Positions 30,273-41,200 of a stretch of 64,000 nt of DNA are shown in pieces. Source of the DNA: a virus; IMG/VR virus record IMGVR_UViG_3300042542_005279, positions 17,617 through 81,616 of that record. One strand, 5' to 3'. The first letter of the stretch is position 1. Each line of letters begins with the position of its first letter. The notes beneath the pieces were generated by a model. The model ran no database searches. It was not told where the DNA came from and saw nothing but the letters and a program-made list of their open reading frames with translations. The translations under genes were made by a program, and so were the position numbers.

Positions 30273-30725
30273 TTACACATCTAAACTATAATCCGAATAT
30301 TCCAAAGTTAATTTTTTTGTAGAAAAAATCTCTGTCAGGGTGTTCAGAATCGACTTTAATTTTGGGCGGAGGTCTACGGTGTATCTAACTTTTGGGGGGT
30401 AAATCTTCGCGTCGAGGTAACGATTGTATAACACGTTATCTCCGTTTTTAATCATAAGTGAAAAACTCTCTGGACCCTCGATAATTGATGTTTCCATAAT
30501 CTGTGGATTCTCATATATGTCATACATATTGTCTAGCATATAAGATGCGGTTCTCACTCGTAAGTCGGACTTAAACCCGTCAATGAATTCAGAAATGTAG
30601 TCGTGAAGTTCCATTGAGTTACGGGCTTTGTGATTATAACCCCTAACATTGAAAAATCGTTGTACGATAATGTTTCCATTAACTTTGAGTAAAAACTCCA
30701 ACTTGGTTGAATCTTGTTCTTTCAT
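30273..30725 (-). CDS. Hypothetical protein (likely start 30725, MKEQDSTK)
   Basis: ORF between exonuclease and helicase; the longer start in the track overlaps the exonuclease C-terminus. Confidence 0.6.
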   Translation of the reverse strand: MKEQDSTKLEFLLKVNGNIIVQRFFNVRGYNHKARNSMELHDYISEFIDGFKSDLRVRTASYMLDNMYDIYENPQIMETSIIEGPESFSLMIKNGDNVLYNRYLDAKIYPPKVRYTVDLRPKLKSILNTLTEIFSTKKLTLEYSDYSLDV

Positions 30726-30727
30726 AA

Positions 30728-31738
30728 TTAGTTTTTTTGATTTTTGAATTTCTTTTTTTCTTTTCTTGTTAGTTTCATTATTGGTCTTAAGAATTCTACC
30801 CACGCATCGTCGGTTTTGGGTAGGAATTTAAATATTCCGTCATCCATCATCATTTTGATTAGGTTCTTATACCCCCTACCATCAGGGTCCAAGGTTTCTT
30901 TATAATATTCTTCAACAATAGTTTTACCTTGGTCTGTGATAAGTGGTTCAGACAAATCAATTATCTTTTGATTAATCACAAAAAATTCTTCACCATAAAT
31001 TCCGTCTTTTGTTTTACCTGTGAGTAGATTTTTAAGGGCCGTGTTTTCTTTGTCCTCTTTGAGGAGTTGTTCTGCTTTTGACAAAATATCACTAAAGGTG
31101 ATGGGATTTTCAAGTATCTCGGGAAATAATTTCACCAAAGTTTTTTCTCCCATCAAACGAATACCATCGATATTGTCTGACGTATCACCACAAACAATTT
31201 TGGTTGTTTTGATATTATAGTGGGGAAACTCCAAGTCCTTATTTTTAATCATATCACCCATCTTATACGTTCTTTTTTGTTGGGGTGAATATACAGAGAC
31301 CTTTTCAGAAATTAATTGTGTTAAATCCCTATCTGATGAAAAAATTGTTTTTTGTTCATCTTCTGATATATGACAATAATATGCAATCAGGTCATCAGAT
31401 TCGTTATTTTCAACTTCAATCTGTCTTACAAACATTTCCTCCAAATATTGTTTTATTCGTTCTTTTTGTTTGTAAAATGATTCCTTCTTTTGGTCCGTCT
31501 CGGTTGAGGTTCTGTTTTCCTTATATTTTGGATATATTAGTTTTCTTGTGGATGAATTTGATTCACCATCCCACATAACAACTACCTTATCAAAGTTTTG
31601 TTCTTCAATGAACCTTCGGAGGGTATTTAAAAAATGATAAATACCTCCGATGTGTTCACCTTTATGATAATACTCCTTTACCCCGTAAAACCCAATTTTC
31701 AAAAGGTTATTACCATCAACTAAAAGTGTTTTTGTCAC
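30728..31738 (-). CDS. 5'-3' exonuclease / flap endonuclease (T4 RNase H, PolA 5' nuclease family)
   Basis: LLVDGNNL, VMWDG, RKLIYPKYKENR, ESDDLIA, SSDRDLTQL and GDTSDNIDGI...GEKT helix-hairpin-helix motif. Confidence 0.93.
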   Translation of the reverse strand: MTKTLLVDGNNLLKIGFYGVKEYYHKGEHIGGIYHFLNTLRRFIEEQNFDKVVVMWDGESNSSTRKLIYPKYKENRTSTETDQKKESFYKQKERIKQYLEEMFVRQIEVENNESDDLIAYYCHISEDEQKTIFSSDRDLTQLISEKVSVYSPQQKRTYKMGDMIKNKDLEFPHYNIKTTKIVCGDTSDNIDGIRLMGEKTLVKLFPEILENPITFSDILSKAEQLLKEDKENTALKNLLTGKTKDGIYGEEFFVINQKIIDLSEPLITDQGKTIVEEYYKETLDPDGRGYKNLIKMMMDDGIFKFLPKTDDAWVEFLRPIMKLTRKEKKKFKNQKN

Positions 31739-31777
31739 TTAATTGTTTTTAAATTGTTTGTAAAAAAATTCTTGATG

Positions 31778-32764
31778 TTATTCATCAATTTCTGATTCGG
31801 ATTCATCTAGTAAAATCTCACCAGTTCCCGAAAGTATTGCGTTCCAATAATGTGAGTATTGTTTCTTATATTGTTCTAACGCCTCTTTAGTGTCACTAAT
31901 ATATCCTTGTGGTACTGCGATAATCTTACCATCTTTATATCCCAAACCATTTACGTGGTTTTTAATAATAGATACTTTGGTTCTAATCGCATAAGACACA
32001 GTTCTTCCGTTTTTAGTTGCGGTAATATGATTGATACCAGCTTTCTTTTGATTTCCAAATAAGAATACCAAAGAAGATGCTAACCAAAGAGCCTCACCAC
32101 CTTTTGCCTTAATTTCAGGTTGTCCGAAAGGATTATCAGGTAAGTCAACCCAAGGTTGGTTAACTACAACCATAGTGTTGTAATATGGGTAATCTTCTTT
32201 CTTTGATTTAGAAATTCTTGAGTGAATACCCATACCAATTTTATCAGCTAGTGCGGATGCGTTATGCATCTTACCTCCCTTTCCCTCAAATGTCATCTTA
32301 CAAGGAATTGAACCAACTGAGTCCCATAAGAATAATAAATTATATGGGATGTCTCCTTTTTCTTGAGCGTCCAACATTTCATTAATGAAGTCAGTTGCCT
32401 GTTCAATGTAATCGAAACTGTCGTTGAATATGAAGTCTCCGTCCCACTCTCCGTTACTATTTTTTTCGGCAACCAATCCTAGTTCGATTGCGTGTTCCCA
32501 AGACCATTTTTTTTCTGTGATGATGAAAACAGGAATATGTCCTTTTCTCTGAGCATCAGCTCCAGCTAAAATCATCGCGGTAGTTTTAGAGGAATTTGAG
32601 TGTCCCAAAAACATATTGATACCACCCATAATCGGACCTGGTAATCCACAAGCCCCCATAAAGGCCTCACCACAATTATAATAACTTTCGGGTTTGTACT
32701 TTGTTTTAGTAGAAAACTTATCTTTAATACTACTTAACCCGATTTCTTTTTTCTTTAACGCCAT
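31778..32764 (-). CDS. recA: RecA/UvsX-like recombinase (likely start 32764, MALKKKEIG)
   Basis: P-loop-like GHSNSSKTT, FIITEKK (catalytic Glu), Walker B FLWDSVGS, VVVNQ, KGGEAL and IIKNH motifs. Confidence 0.85.
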   Translation of the reverse strand: MALKKKEIGLSSIKDKFSTKTKYKPESYYNCGEAFMGACGLPGPIMGGINMFLGHSNSSKTTAMILAGADAQRKGHIPVFIITEKKWSWEHAIELGLVAEKNSNGEWDGDFIFNDSFDYIEQATDFINEMLDAQEKGDIPYNLLFLWDSVGSIPCKMTFEGKGGKMHNASALADKIGMGIHSRISKSKKEDYPYYNTMVVVNQPWVDLPDNPFGQPEIKAKGGEALWLASSLVFLFGNQKKAGINHITATKNGRTVSYAIRTKVSIIKNHVNGLGYKDGKIIAVPQGYISDTKEALEQYKKQYSHYWNAILSGTGEILLDESESEIDE

Positions 32765-32765
32765 A

Positions 32766-32984
32766 TTAAATTTCGTATTTGTAGAATTGTTCCAAATTTT
32801 CCAACTTGTCTTGTGCGTTGGCTCTTTTCTCAATTAACTTATCCATTTCTTCAATATGTTGTGGATGTTCTCCAATACCAACAGGATTTGTGAAATAAAC
32901 AAGTAATGATGACTCAGCATCCAACATTTCGCTCTCGTATTTCTTCTTGAGAGCCTCGTACATTTTTAATTGAATTTTTTGCAT
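32766..32984 (-). CDS. Small helical hypothetical protein
   Basis: 72-aa ORF with YFTNPVGIGEHPQHIEEMDK core, co-oriented between SSB and recA. Confidence 0.7.
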   Translation of the reverse strand: MQKIQLKMYEALKKKYESEMLDAESSLLVYFTNPVGIGEHPQHIEEMDKLIEKRANAQDKLENLEQFYKYEI

Positions 32985-33011
32985 ATAAATTAGTTTTTAA
33001 TGTAAATAAAT

Positions 33012-33051
33012 AAAAAGCATGGACACTTTGTCTATGTAAATGTCCATGCTT
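33012..33051 (-). terminator. Probable terminator/stem-loop after the SSB gene
   Basis: Perfect 11-bp inverted repeat AAGCATGGACA...TGTCCATGCTT with a T-rich tail on the minus strand. Confidence 0.7.
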
Positions 33052-33061
33052 AAGTTTGAAA

Positions 33062-33910
33062 TTAGAATGGTAAATCTTCGTCAGGTGCGTCCATTGACTG
33101 TGGGTCTTGAACTGATGCAGAACCACCGATAGATGCGGTGCCTACGGATGAATCACCGTAAACGTATTTTCCTGCGTCTGAGTCCCAACGTGGAGTTTCA
33201 CCACGAGCAATCGCCTCTAAATAATCTTCGGGTTTTTTTGAATATACGTCAGCCCAAGTTAGTTCATCTTCCAACCAAGATTTTGATGTATCAGCATCTT
33301 CGTGAAGTGGTTGTGGGTCATCGTACATAACCGCTTGAATTACGGTATAAGGTTTTCCGTTGTTTGCCTTTGTTTTGGTAAGTTCCAAGATAAGGTCACG
33401 TCCTTTTTCAGAATCGGTAATGTCACCTTTTGCTCTCCAAATAGGAATGATTTTGTCCAAGATACCTTCTTTTTTGTAGTTGTGTTTAAATCTCCAAAAC
33501 TTAGGTCCGTCTTGTTCTGCGTCACGGTCAACAACTTTTACGATATAAAATAGTCGTGAGCGGTAGTTGCCGGCAAGTTTCTTGTCCGCCTCTTTACCTG
33601 TTGACATCAGTTCTTCGTAAAGTTCGTTAAGTGGTGAACGCTCATTGTCGTTTTTACCTGGGTCATAAAGTTTTACCCATTTTCCATCTACTTGTACCTC
33701 GTGATACCATACCTCTTTAAAAGGTGAACTACCATCGGGAGTTGGTAAAATACGAAGTCGTTTTTGTCCTTGATTTTCTTTATCGCCGAGAACCGCAGCG
33801 AAATACTTTTTCATTCTTTCGTCCTGACTCATCTTTGGAGATGAGGACGAGCTTGACTTTTGTTGTTTTTCATACTGAGCCAAAACAGCATCCATTGAAT
33901 TTGTCGCCAT
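33062..33910 (-). CDS. Single-stranded DNA-binding protein (T4 gp32-like)
   Basis: RLRILP...PFKEVWYH, YIVKVVDRD...GPKFWRF and DITDSEKGRDLIL motifs; acidic C-terminal tail ending DEDLPF. Confidence 0.88.
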   Translation of the reverse strand: MATNSMDAVLAQYEKQQKSSSSSSPKMSQDERMKKYFAAVLGDKENQGQKRLRILPTPDGSSPFKEVWYHEVQVDGKWVKLYDPGKNDNERSPLNELYEELMSTGKEADKKLAGNYRSRLFYIVKVVDRDAEQDGPKFWRFKHNYKKEGILDKIIPIWRAKGDITDSEKGRDLILELTKTKANNGKPYTVIQAVMYDDPQPLHEDADTSKSWLEDELTWADVYSKKPEDYLEAIARGETPRWDSDAGKYVYGDSSVGTASIGGSASVQDPQSMDAPDEDLPF

Positions 33911-33943
33911 AAATAATGTATTAAATTGTTAAATTGTTTCAGA

Positions 33944-33972
33944 AATATAGTGTGTAAAAGTGGGGTTGTCAA
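33944..33972 (-). promoter_or_regulatory. Host-RNAP (sigma70-type) promoter for the SSB/recA/replication block
   Basis: Minus strand TTGACA (33972-33967), 17-nt spacer, TATATT (33949-33944), just after a terminator and 33 nt before the SSB ATG. Confidence 0.7.
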
Positions 33973-33975
33973 ATG

Positions 33976-34002
33976 AAAAAGGGTGATTACTCACCCTTTT
34001 TT
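33976..34002. terminator. Bidirectional Rho-independent terminator ending the upstream minus-strand operon
   Basis: AAAAAGGGTGA-TTAC-TCACCCTTTTTT; overlaps the stop of the 33987..34328 ORF. Confidence 0.8.
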
Positions 34003-34328
34003 AAAACTCTTAAAGAAGTTGTCGAATATAGTTGGGGATTAACATTCTTTAATCCATATGTATCCTTGAACCATTTTTTGAAAAATTGTTTTACTTGGTC
34101 GTCATTTACCGTGAAATCTGCTTTTATTTTAGAAAATACTTTGTGTATATGAACTACCATATCCTTTGTTTTTTTATTATATTGAAATATGGGTTCATCT
34201 TTGGTATTGACATAAAATATCGTGTCAGGATAATCCTTATGTTTTCTTGGTTTGAAATGGTCGAAATACTTATTTGCGTAAAGCGTAAGTGCATCCTCCA
34301 ATTGTTTATTCAAAACTATTACTTTCAT
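33987..34328 (-). CDS. Hypothetical protein
   Basis: 113-aa basic ORF; N-terminus MKVIVLNKQL loosely resembles the MKILISESQL tag. Confidence 0.6.
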   Translation of the reverse strand: MKVIVLNKQLEDALTLYANKYFDHFKPRKHKDYPDTIFYVNTKDEPIFQYNKKTKDMVVHIHKVFSKIKADFTVNDDQVKQFFKKWFKDTYGLKNVNPQLYSTTSLRVLKKGE

Positions 34329-34330
34329 AA

Positions 34331-35017
34331 TTATTTAACTTCAACAGGTTTTTCGTTACCAGGGAAATCTCTGAAACTATCTTTAATTTCTGATGGTGAA
34401 AAATCTTTAACCTCATCAGTTGTTAAAACATATTCATTTTTTCCTGATTTTTCCATTTCTTCTTCTTTATCAACGAAGAAATCTGAAAGTTTTTGGTTAT
34501 ATGGACCCGAATCCAAACTTCTCAATTCTAATTTCTCCTGTGCCGTTTTTGGTCTATATTTTTCAACTTTTGCCTCCAATGAATCAATCTTTGATACCAA
34601 TTTATCCATGTCGGCTAATTTGTTTTGTAATGTTTCAAGTTGTCCAAATAAATCATTGAAGTACGATTCTTGTTTTTCTTCAATTGATTTTTGAGATGTA
34701 ACCAAATCTGTAATGTCTAATTCTTCGGTTCCTTCTCCTTTTTCTTGGGATTCTCCTTCAGCACCAATTTTTTCAACATCGGGGTCGTTTTCAACATCAA
34801 TAGGTTGTGGTTCAGCGGGAGCCGCGGGTGCGGCTCCGGGTGCTGCAGGTGGTGGAGGTACCGCACCTGGGTCAGCGGGTGGTAAAGCCCCTGCCGCAGG
34901 GTCTGCTGGCGGTGCATCAGGTGGTGGAGGAACGTCTAACGCTTCTTGTTCATAGATATATCTATTTATTTGATTGTATCTTCTTAATTCTTCTAAAATT
35001 TTCTTATCAACACTCAT
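34331..35017 (-). CDS. Pro/Ala-rich, acidic, coiled-coil protein (possible scaffold/internal virion protein; likely start 35017, MSVDKKIL)
   Basis: PPPPDAPPADPAAGA low-complexity tract, an acidic stretch, then a heptad-like region. Confidence 0.6.
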   Translation of the reverse strand: MSVDKKILEELRRYNQINRYIYEQEALDVPPPPDAPPADPAAGALPPADPGAVPPPPAAPGAAPAAPAEPQPIDVENDPDVEKIGAEGESQEKGEGTEELDITDLVTSQKSIEEKQESYFNDLFGQLETLQNKLADMDKLVSKIDSLEAKVEKYRPKTAQEKLELRSLDSGPYNQKLSDFFVDKEEEMEKSGKNEYVLTTDEVKDFSPSEIKDSFRDFPGNEKPVEVK

Positions 35018-35021
35018 TTTT

Positions 35022-35249
35022 TTAACCATTTAATAGTTGTTTTATACCCGATGCGGTTTCAACCTGAATTTTCTTAGATTGATTCATTGTATTGTCTACT
35101 CTTTCGATAAGACCATCTTTCATTCTTACGGTGTAACATTCACCGCTGTCCAAATCACAAACTTGTTTTGAACCATTCCCTAAATCTTTTTCGGATATTC
35201 TTGTATTCTTACCAAGGTAACTATCCAATATATTTTTAACTGAGCTCAT
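35022..35249 (-). CDS. Small hypothetical protein
   Basis: 75-aa ORF with VCDLDSGECY motif, preceded by TATTTAT. Confidence 0.65.
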   Translation of the reverse strand: MSSVKNILDSYLGKNTRISEKDLGNGSKQVCDLDSGECYTVRMKDGLIERVDNTMNQSKKIQVETASGIKQLLNG

Positions 35250-35289
35250 ATTATTTTATTTTTATATAAATATCATCATTTATTGTAAA

Positions 35290-38200
35290 TTACAAACCTA
35301 AAATCTGTGCTTGTTGAATTGCTGATTTTATATTTTTTATTCTATCTTTACATTGTTGGGTTGGGAAAATTTCTTTTTCATAATTAGTTGTATTATCTTC
35401 AATAGGCCATGATGTAAATAACAATCTATCCATTTCCTCAGATAATTTGTCTAAGTTGTTTATTTTACCTTGAATATCTTTGATTTCACCCTTACTTAAT
35501 AATTTTGTATCCACTTTCGCCTTAAAATATTCAATACCAAATTTTATAAAGTCGTTTGGCGAACCGAATGTTGCAAACGCCATTTCTTTATCACTACTAG
35601 GTAGTGTACCACAGAAATAACTTTCAGTCAGTAAACTATTTCTTGGTCCATATTGTATTTCTACTTTATTAACTTTCAAATCTAATCGTAAATTTACGAA
35701 ATTACTTTCATAACCTTCAAAACCTGTAGATGTTCGGTTATTTATCCACATTAAACACCACATAGTATAATTTATCTTTGTTTTTACTCTATTGTCTATT
35801 GCTGACATTGACGAAGTATATCCCGTTAATAAATCTATTGTTTCTTTGAAACTTAAAGTGACATTTTGTGGTGCTGTAATTGGTTGGAATTTATCAAATA
35901 TAGGATTTGTTTTACATAAATCTGCGGATGATGGTTGTGGGTTTTTAGCGGCATCTTGTTGATTTTGTTTTTCTTGAGCCGTGTTTTGTGATGGTGTTGA
36001 ATTTCCTTCAGACGCTGAATTAGGTTGTTTTACTTGACTAAAAACAGTATTTACTAAATTAGTTAGAACACCTTGTATATAACTATCTACATCAGGTAAA
36101 CTGAAAATTGATTGTCTAACCCCCTCAAATTGTGTTGTAAAATTACCAGGTGTTATTGTGTGATTAACACCTAATATCATGTAAGAACCTGCAAACATAG
36201 GTACATGTCTCAAATTAAAATACATCATAGGTTGTATCATGGCATTTCCCATCATTTGTATTGTACAACCATAACTCCTTGTTTTGTACAAGTTGTATAA
36301 TGAAACATTCTGCGTTGATGTTTTTCTATTACCTGCTTGATTTGCCATATCATTCAACTGTTGTAATGTTTCAGATGTTGGTTTTCCATTATCTTGACTG
36401 ACAGAAATGTTAGTAAATACATTTTGGTTTTGTAACCCCATATCTACAGTAAAACCAACTACCCTATTTGATTTACCCCAATCATTTTTATTAACCAAAT
36501 TATCAATTAAAGTGTTTCTATCTAATTTTTGGAAATAAATTCCGTCATCTTGATAAGCATATTCAGGTTTGTTAATTTGTGGATGTTCAGATGGTTTCCC
36601 CGCATAAAAACAAACCATTTTAGGTCCTGAGTTTCTATAATCTACGTTAGGATGAGTTCCAAACATATCATTTGCAAACTCCAATGAATTTTCCACTTTA
36701 GGTATTGCATTTTTGATTGGGTCTTGGACATTATAAAAATTAACGAAAGCGGGTAACGCCATAACCTGAAAGTTGTTCATTTGTAAAACTGACTGTATGT
36801 AATATAATAAATTACTTGTGGCATTAATAGTTGTGAGTAAATTGTTTAAACCAAAAATATCAACCAAAACTTTATCACCGATATCTCTACTTGCTCTATC
36901 GATTAACATCAAGTCCTCAAAAATTGTTTTGTATTTCAAATCATACCCAGCAATCCATCTATCATTTGTGGATTTAAGTGATTCCCATATATCCACTTTA
37001 CCTTGAGCGCCAATCAACTGCGAAGAAAGATTACTTTGTGGTGTGAAAGATACATTTTGTAGATTTTTTTGTAGTTTAGAAAAAGTTGATATCAAAACTA
37101 AATCTTGAAACTTATTATTTTTATTTACTAAATTAAGAATATCTGAATAAAACTTATTTTTGTTGTAACTACTGTCATTCGCTTTTTGCGACGCATATAT
37201 TTTTATCAGAGGTGCTAATGTTTCTACGTTTTCAACGCTGAATTCGATATTATTATCAATAAAGAAATCAAAAATCGTTGAGCCCGTATCTGTATATTTC
37301 ATACCTTCAGCTTGTGAGAAACCTACATTTAATAATAAACTATTCCATACATTTGGATATTGAGCAGTAACCGCACTTAAAGGTTTAGTGAAGTTTTTAT
37401 TAGGAAGAGCGTTAGGTGTATAATTAGAATAGGGTAAAGGTTTTATCGGGTCTACCACGCTATCCACACCAAATTTTTTCGTGGATGAATTAGTGAATGA
37501 TAAAAATAGTTGTTTATCGTATTCACCAGGATTACCATATTTAAATAAAATATCGTATTCCATAAAAGATTGAATAATTGGTTTTATTACTTTATATTGT
37601 TCTTTTTGTAGCTCTGAAATACTCAAACCTTTTTTATCGATAGTTATTCTCATCATTTCCGTAAACATTTTATGGAAATTTTGTGTTATAAAAACAGTAT
37701 CTGTAACTCCTGATGAGGGTAACTGTGAAAAATCAATTGGTTGAAAGTCATAACGAGATAATGAAAAATTCAAAAATATTCTTTCCATCTCATCCAATAT
37801 TTCTTTTTTGAATCCACTAGTAATTTCATCAAAATATGCATATTCGGATGTTTTGGTTAGAGTGAAGTTATCTTGGGATTCAATATCGTTATAAATTTTC
37901 TTTAGATATTGGTTGTATTCTGGTTTTTGTATCTGAGAAGAATCAAACCAACCATAATTCGGTGACATCCAAAATGTTCTTACAGAACCATTGAATAAGG
38001 ATTTATTATCCGTCGGTTCAATTATTTTTTCAGGACTCGCAGTATTATTTGAAAGGTTTTTGAAACATTCATTGAACGATTGATTGAAGTTATTTCCAAC
38101 TGATGGTAATGTGAAGAAACTTGTATCATCATTATTTCTAACAAATGTTGAATATGAATTTAACAGTATTGTTCTATTAGGGTTTTGTTTGTCGGACCCT

Positions 38201-41200
38201 TGTTGTGCGATATTATAAGATGTTCTTGTTATACTAAATCCTGAATTAATACCATTTTGTATATCTTCATCAGAATACCCTACCGAAAATCCTGCATATG
38301 GTCCAGTGGTAGCTGTAACTGTTGATGTGAAGATTTCATATCCGTTCAAGAAAAACGAAAAATCATTAATCAATTTAGGATAGAAACCAACATTCATGTT
38401 TGTTGCGGTTAAGTTACCAACCGTATCACTTGTTTGTAAAGTAATTCTAGTTTCACTTGTTTCACCCTCACCTGTAAATGCATATGTTTTGGTTGCCGCC
38501 GATGATGATGGGTCATAATTTCCAAGATAATCAAAATCAGTCCAAATACCGTCTAAAAAATCATTTCCCGTTTGTACTTTTGTTTTATAACGATGCCACA
38601 AAGAACCGTATTTTAATATGAATGGATATGGTAATTTATGAACACCTCCAAATTTTTTAAATGATGCAAAAATATAATCTAAATTCTCAACATTATTATT
38701 AGATAACGATTTGTATTTTTCTTTTAACGTGGCTATTGGTAAACTATTTATGAACAAATAAGCAGCCTCTTTATATGGATATATTCTATTTGTTTTATAA
38801 TTAAAAACCCCTTTTTGAATCGCATTAATGAAATAAGGTGTATTCAACATTGATGTGGTTTGCTCACTTACAAGTCCACCACTATATGATGAATAAAATA
38901 CGGAACCTTCGGTTGGTAATTGTGTTCTTTTTGCACCTACATCAGGACTATTTCTTTGTGTATAGAAATTTGATAGTGTTGTAGAATTAATTGGAGGAAA
39001 ATCAAAAGTGTTAATCTCACCATTTTGTACATATGAGAAATAAGTTACAGGTCTTTTTGTTGAAGTGGTCGTATCTTCAACATCGAAATTAGCGACTGTG
39101 TTTATATTATCATTATATGTTATAATTTTATCCGTTTTATTTACCAAGTTAGTAAAGAATTTTCCTTCCGCCATGTAATCTTTAATCCAACCATTATTGG
39201 TCAGAGGGAAGGTATCCATAAAATCCGTTTTTGAGGCTTCGTTTGATTTAATGTAATTATCTAAATCTTGTAACTTTTCAATTTTTAATTGGTTTTGCTC
39301 GGCACTTGAAAATTTTTCAAAAATTGTGTTATCAAATACTTTGAAATCTGTGTTGGTATAACTAGTTATATAAGGTGTAGAATAATAACCCCTTATAAAC
39401 TTCTGATAAGATTCTCCTTCACCCAAATTTGATATTGTTTTCAAAATTGGAATTATGGTTTGGGGTGTGATTAAATACTCTTTTAATTTTTTAATTAGAA
39501 ATACATTTTCAGTACCCAAAGCATTTAACATGTTTGTTGCTTCGGTTTGTGAAACAATTTCATCGATTGAGTAATTTTCAGATTTACCTCTATTTATTCT
39601 TGAGAAATTTGAAACTGACCCCATCCTTTCCCAAAATTCATAAAAAAATTTTACTTCCTCTTTGTTTTGGTAAATTCCATTGGATATAGGAAATTCAATC
39701 GGGTTTAAAGATAAACGATTAACAGTATTTATTTCTTTGTCATTTGGTTGGAATTGTGAGTCGCTCGGGTCTCTTTTCATAAGACCTCCTAAGAGTTCCT
39801 CTACAAATTCAATTTCAGGCCATTCATCAAATAGATAACCTTCAGTTTCTTGTACAACATCGGGGTCACCAGGGTATGTTACATCATAAGTTTTGATACC
39901 ATCTTTTTCGTTTTCTTTAATCAATTGAGGCCAAGGATAGACAAGTTCGTTAGAAGAGTCTGATGATACTTTAGCACCAAGTATCGCTTTTTTTCTAACA
40001 TCACTATCTCTTTTATTCCATGCCTCTCTATGACAATCATCCATTAATCTTAGAAATGCCTCACCGTTCGCAAATAAAACTGCAAGTACATTTCTTATTG
40101 TTGGTGTAAATCCTAAACCACTTTTTCCTTGTGAACCTTCTTTTATAATTTTATTTAATTCATCACCAAGTTTTTTTGTAATTTCATTTTTTTTGATGTT
40201 AACAGATTTTTCCATCTGTGTTATTTTATCTAAAAAATTTTTTTTGTTTTCAAAGGCATAGAACTTATCATAAAATGGCGGTTGGTCGGGTTTTGGTTCT
40301 TCTTTAGGTGGTTGTGATAAACTTATTGTTAATGTTGTATCTGCACTATACTTAGCAAAATCAGCTGCGTTTTCAGGTGCTTGTGGGTTTTTATTGTAAG
40401 TCAATGAATATGATTTTTCAAAATCAACTTCTTCGGGTGTAACGTTAAAACTAATCCAATCAGGTAAATTACCGGGTTCTTTTTGTGGTGGTGTTGGTAC
40501 TCTAACATTATTGTTTACCTCTGAATTTTCTTTTTTGTTTCCTATCGTATAACTACCTTTCAATCCTAATGTCGGATTCTCGTCTAATAACTTGTTGTAT
40601 GTTTGGAATATCGTAATTAATTTTACTCTTGCTTCTTGTTCTTTTTGTTGTGCTAATCTTAATACGGGTTTCAGTAAATAAACCTTTTGTGCATCTTTTC
40701 CTTTTAGAACTAATGGATTTTTACTGTCCAAATTTTGTTTTACCCAAGAATCTTCAACATATAAAACTTCAGTTTTTAACTTTTGAAGATTTTTTTGATA
40801 AGTCTCAACATTGGTAAGAGGTTCCATATTAACCTGACCCCAATTTTTTAAAGTATCTTTAATAAAAGTGTCCAATCTTTTTTGTAATTGAGTCACTGTA
40901 ATTTCAGGTAAATCATCGGCAATAATACCTTTTGACTTATACTCATTATATACCTCTCTAATTTTCTGATATCCCAACGTATAATTTTTTGGTATTGCAG
41001 GTACATTTGTCGTATTTGGGTTTTGTGAATTTTGTTTTTGTAATACCGTTGTTGGATACATATAAGGTGTTGCCAATAGATATCCCATCGAAACATCTGA
41101 TAAGACATTGAACTTATAAGTTAAAAACGTTAGGGTGATTTCAAAATTCCCACTATTGTTGTCGAATCTGGCGTTGAAATTCTGTAGCATTAATTGATAC

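Noticed and set aside
25483-32764. Inteins or introns in nrdA, nrdB, helicase or recA
   Set aside because: Lengths are normal, motifs are contiguous and no splice-junction motifs were seen
34086-35025. Plus-strand ORFs of 202, 79, 80 and 72 aa, including a Gly/Ala-rich one, and a local GC-rich patch
   Set aside because: They are antisense shadows of the Pro/Ala-rich minus-strand gene and its neighbour; Pro/Ala codons explain the GC
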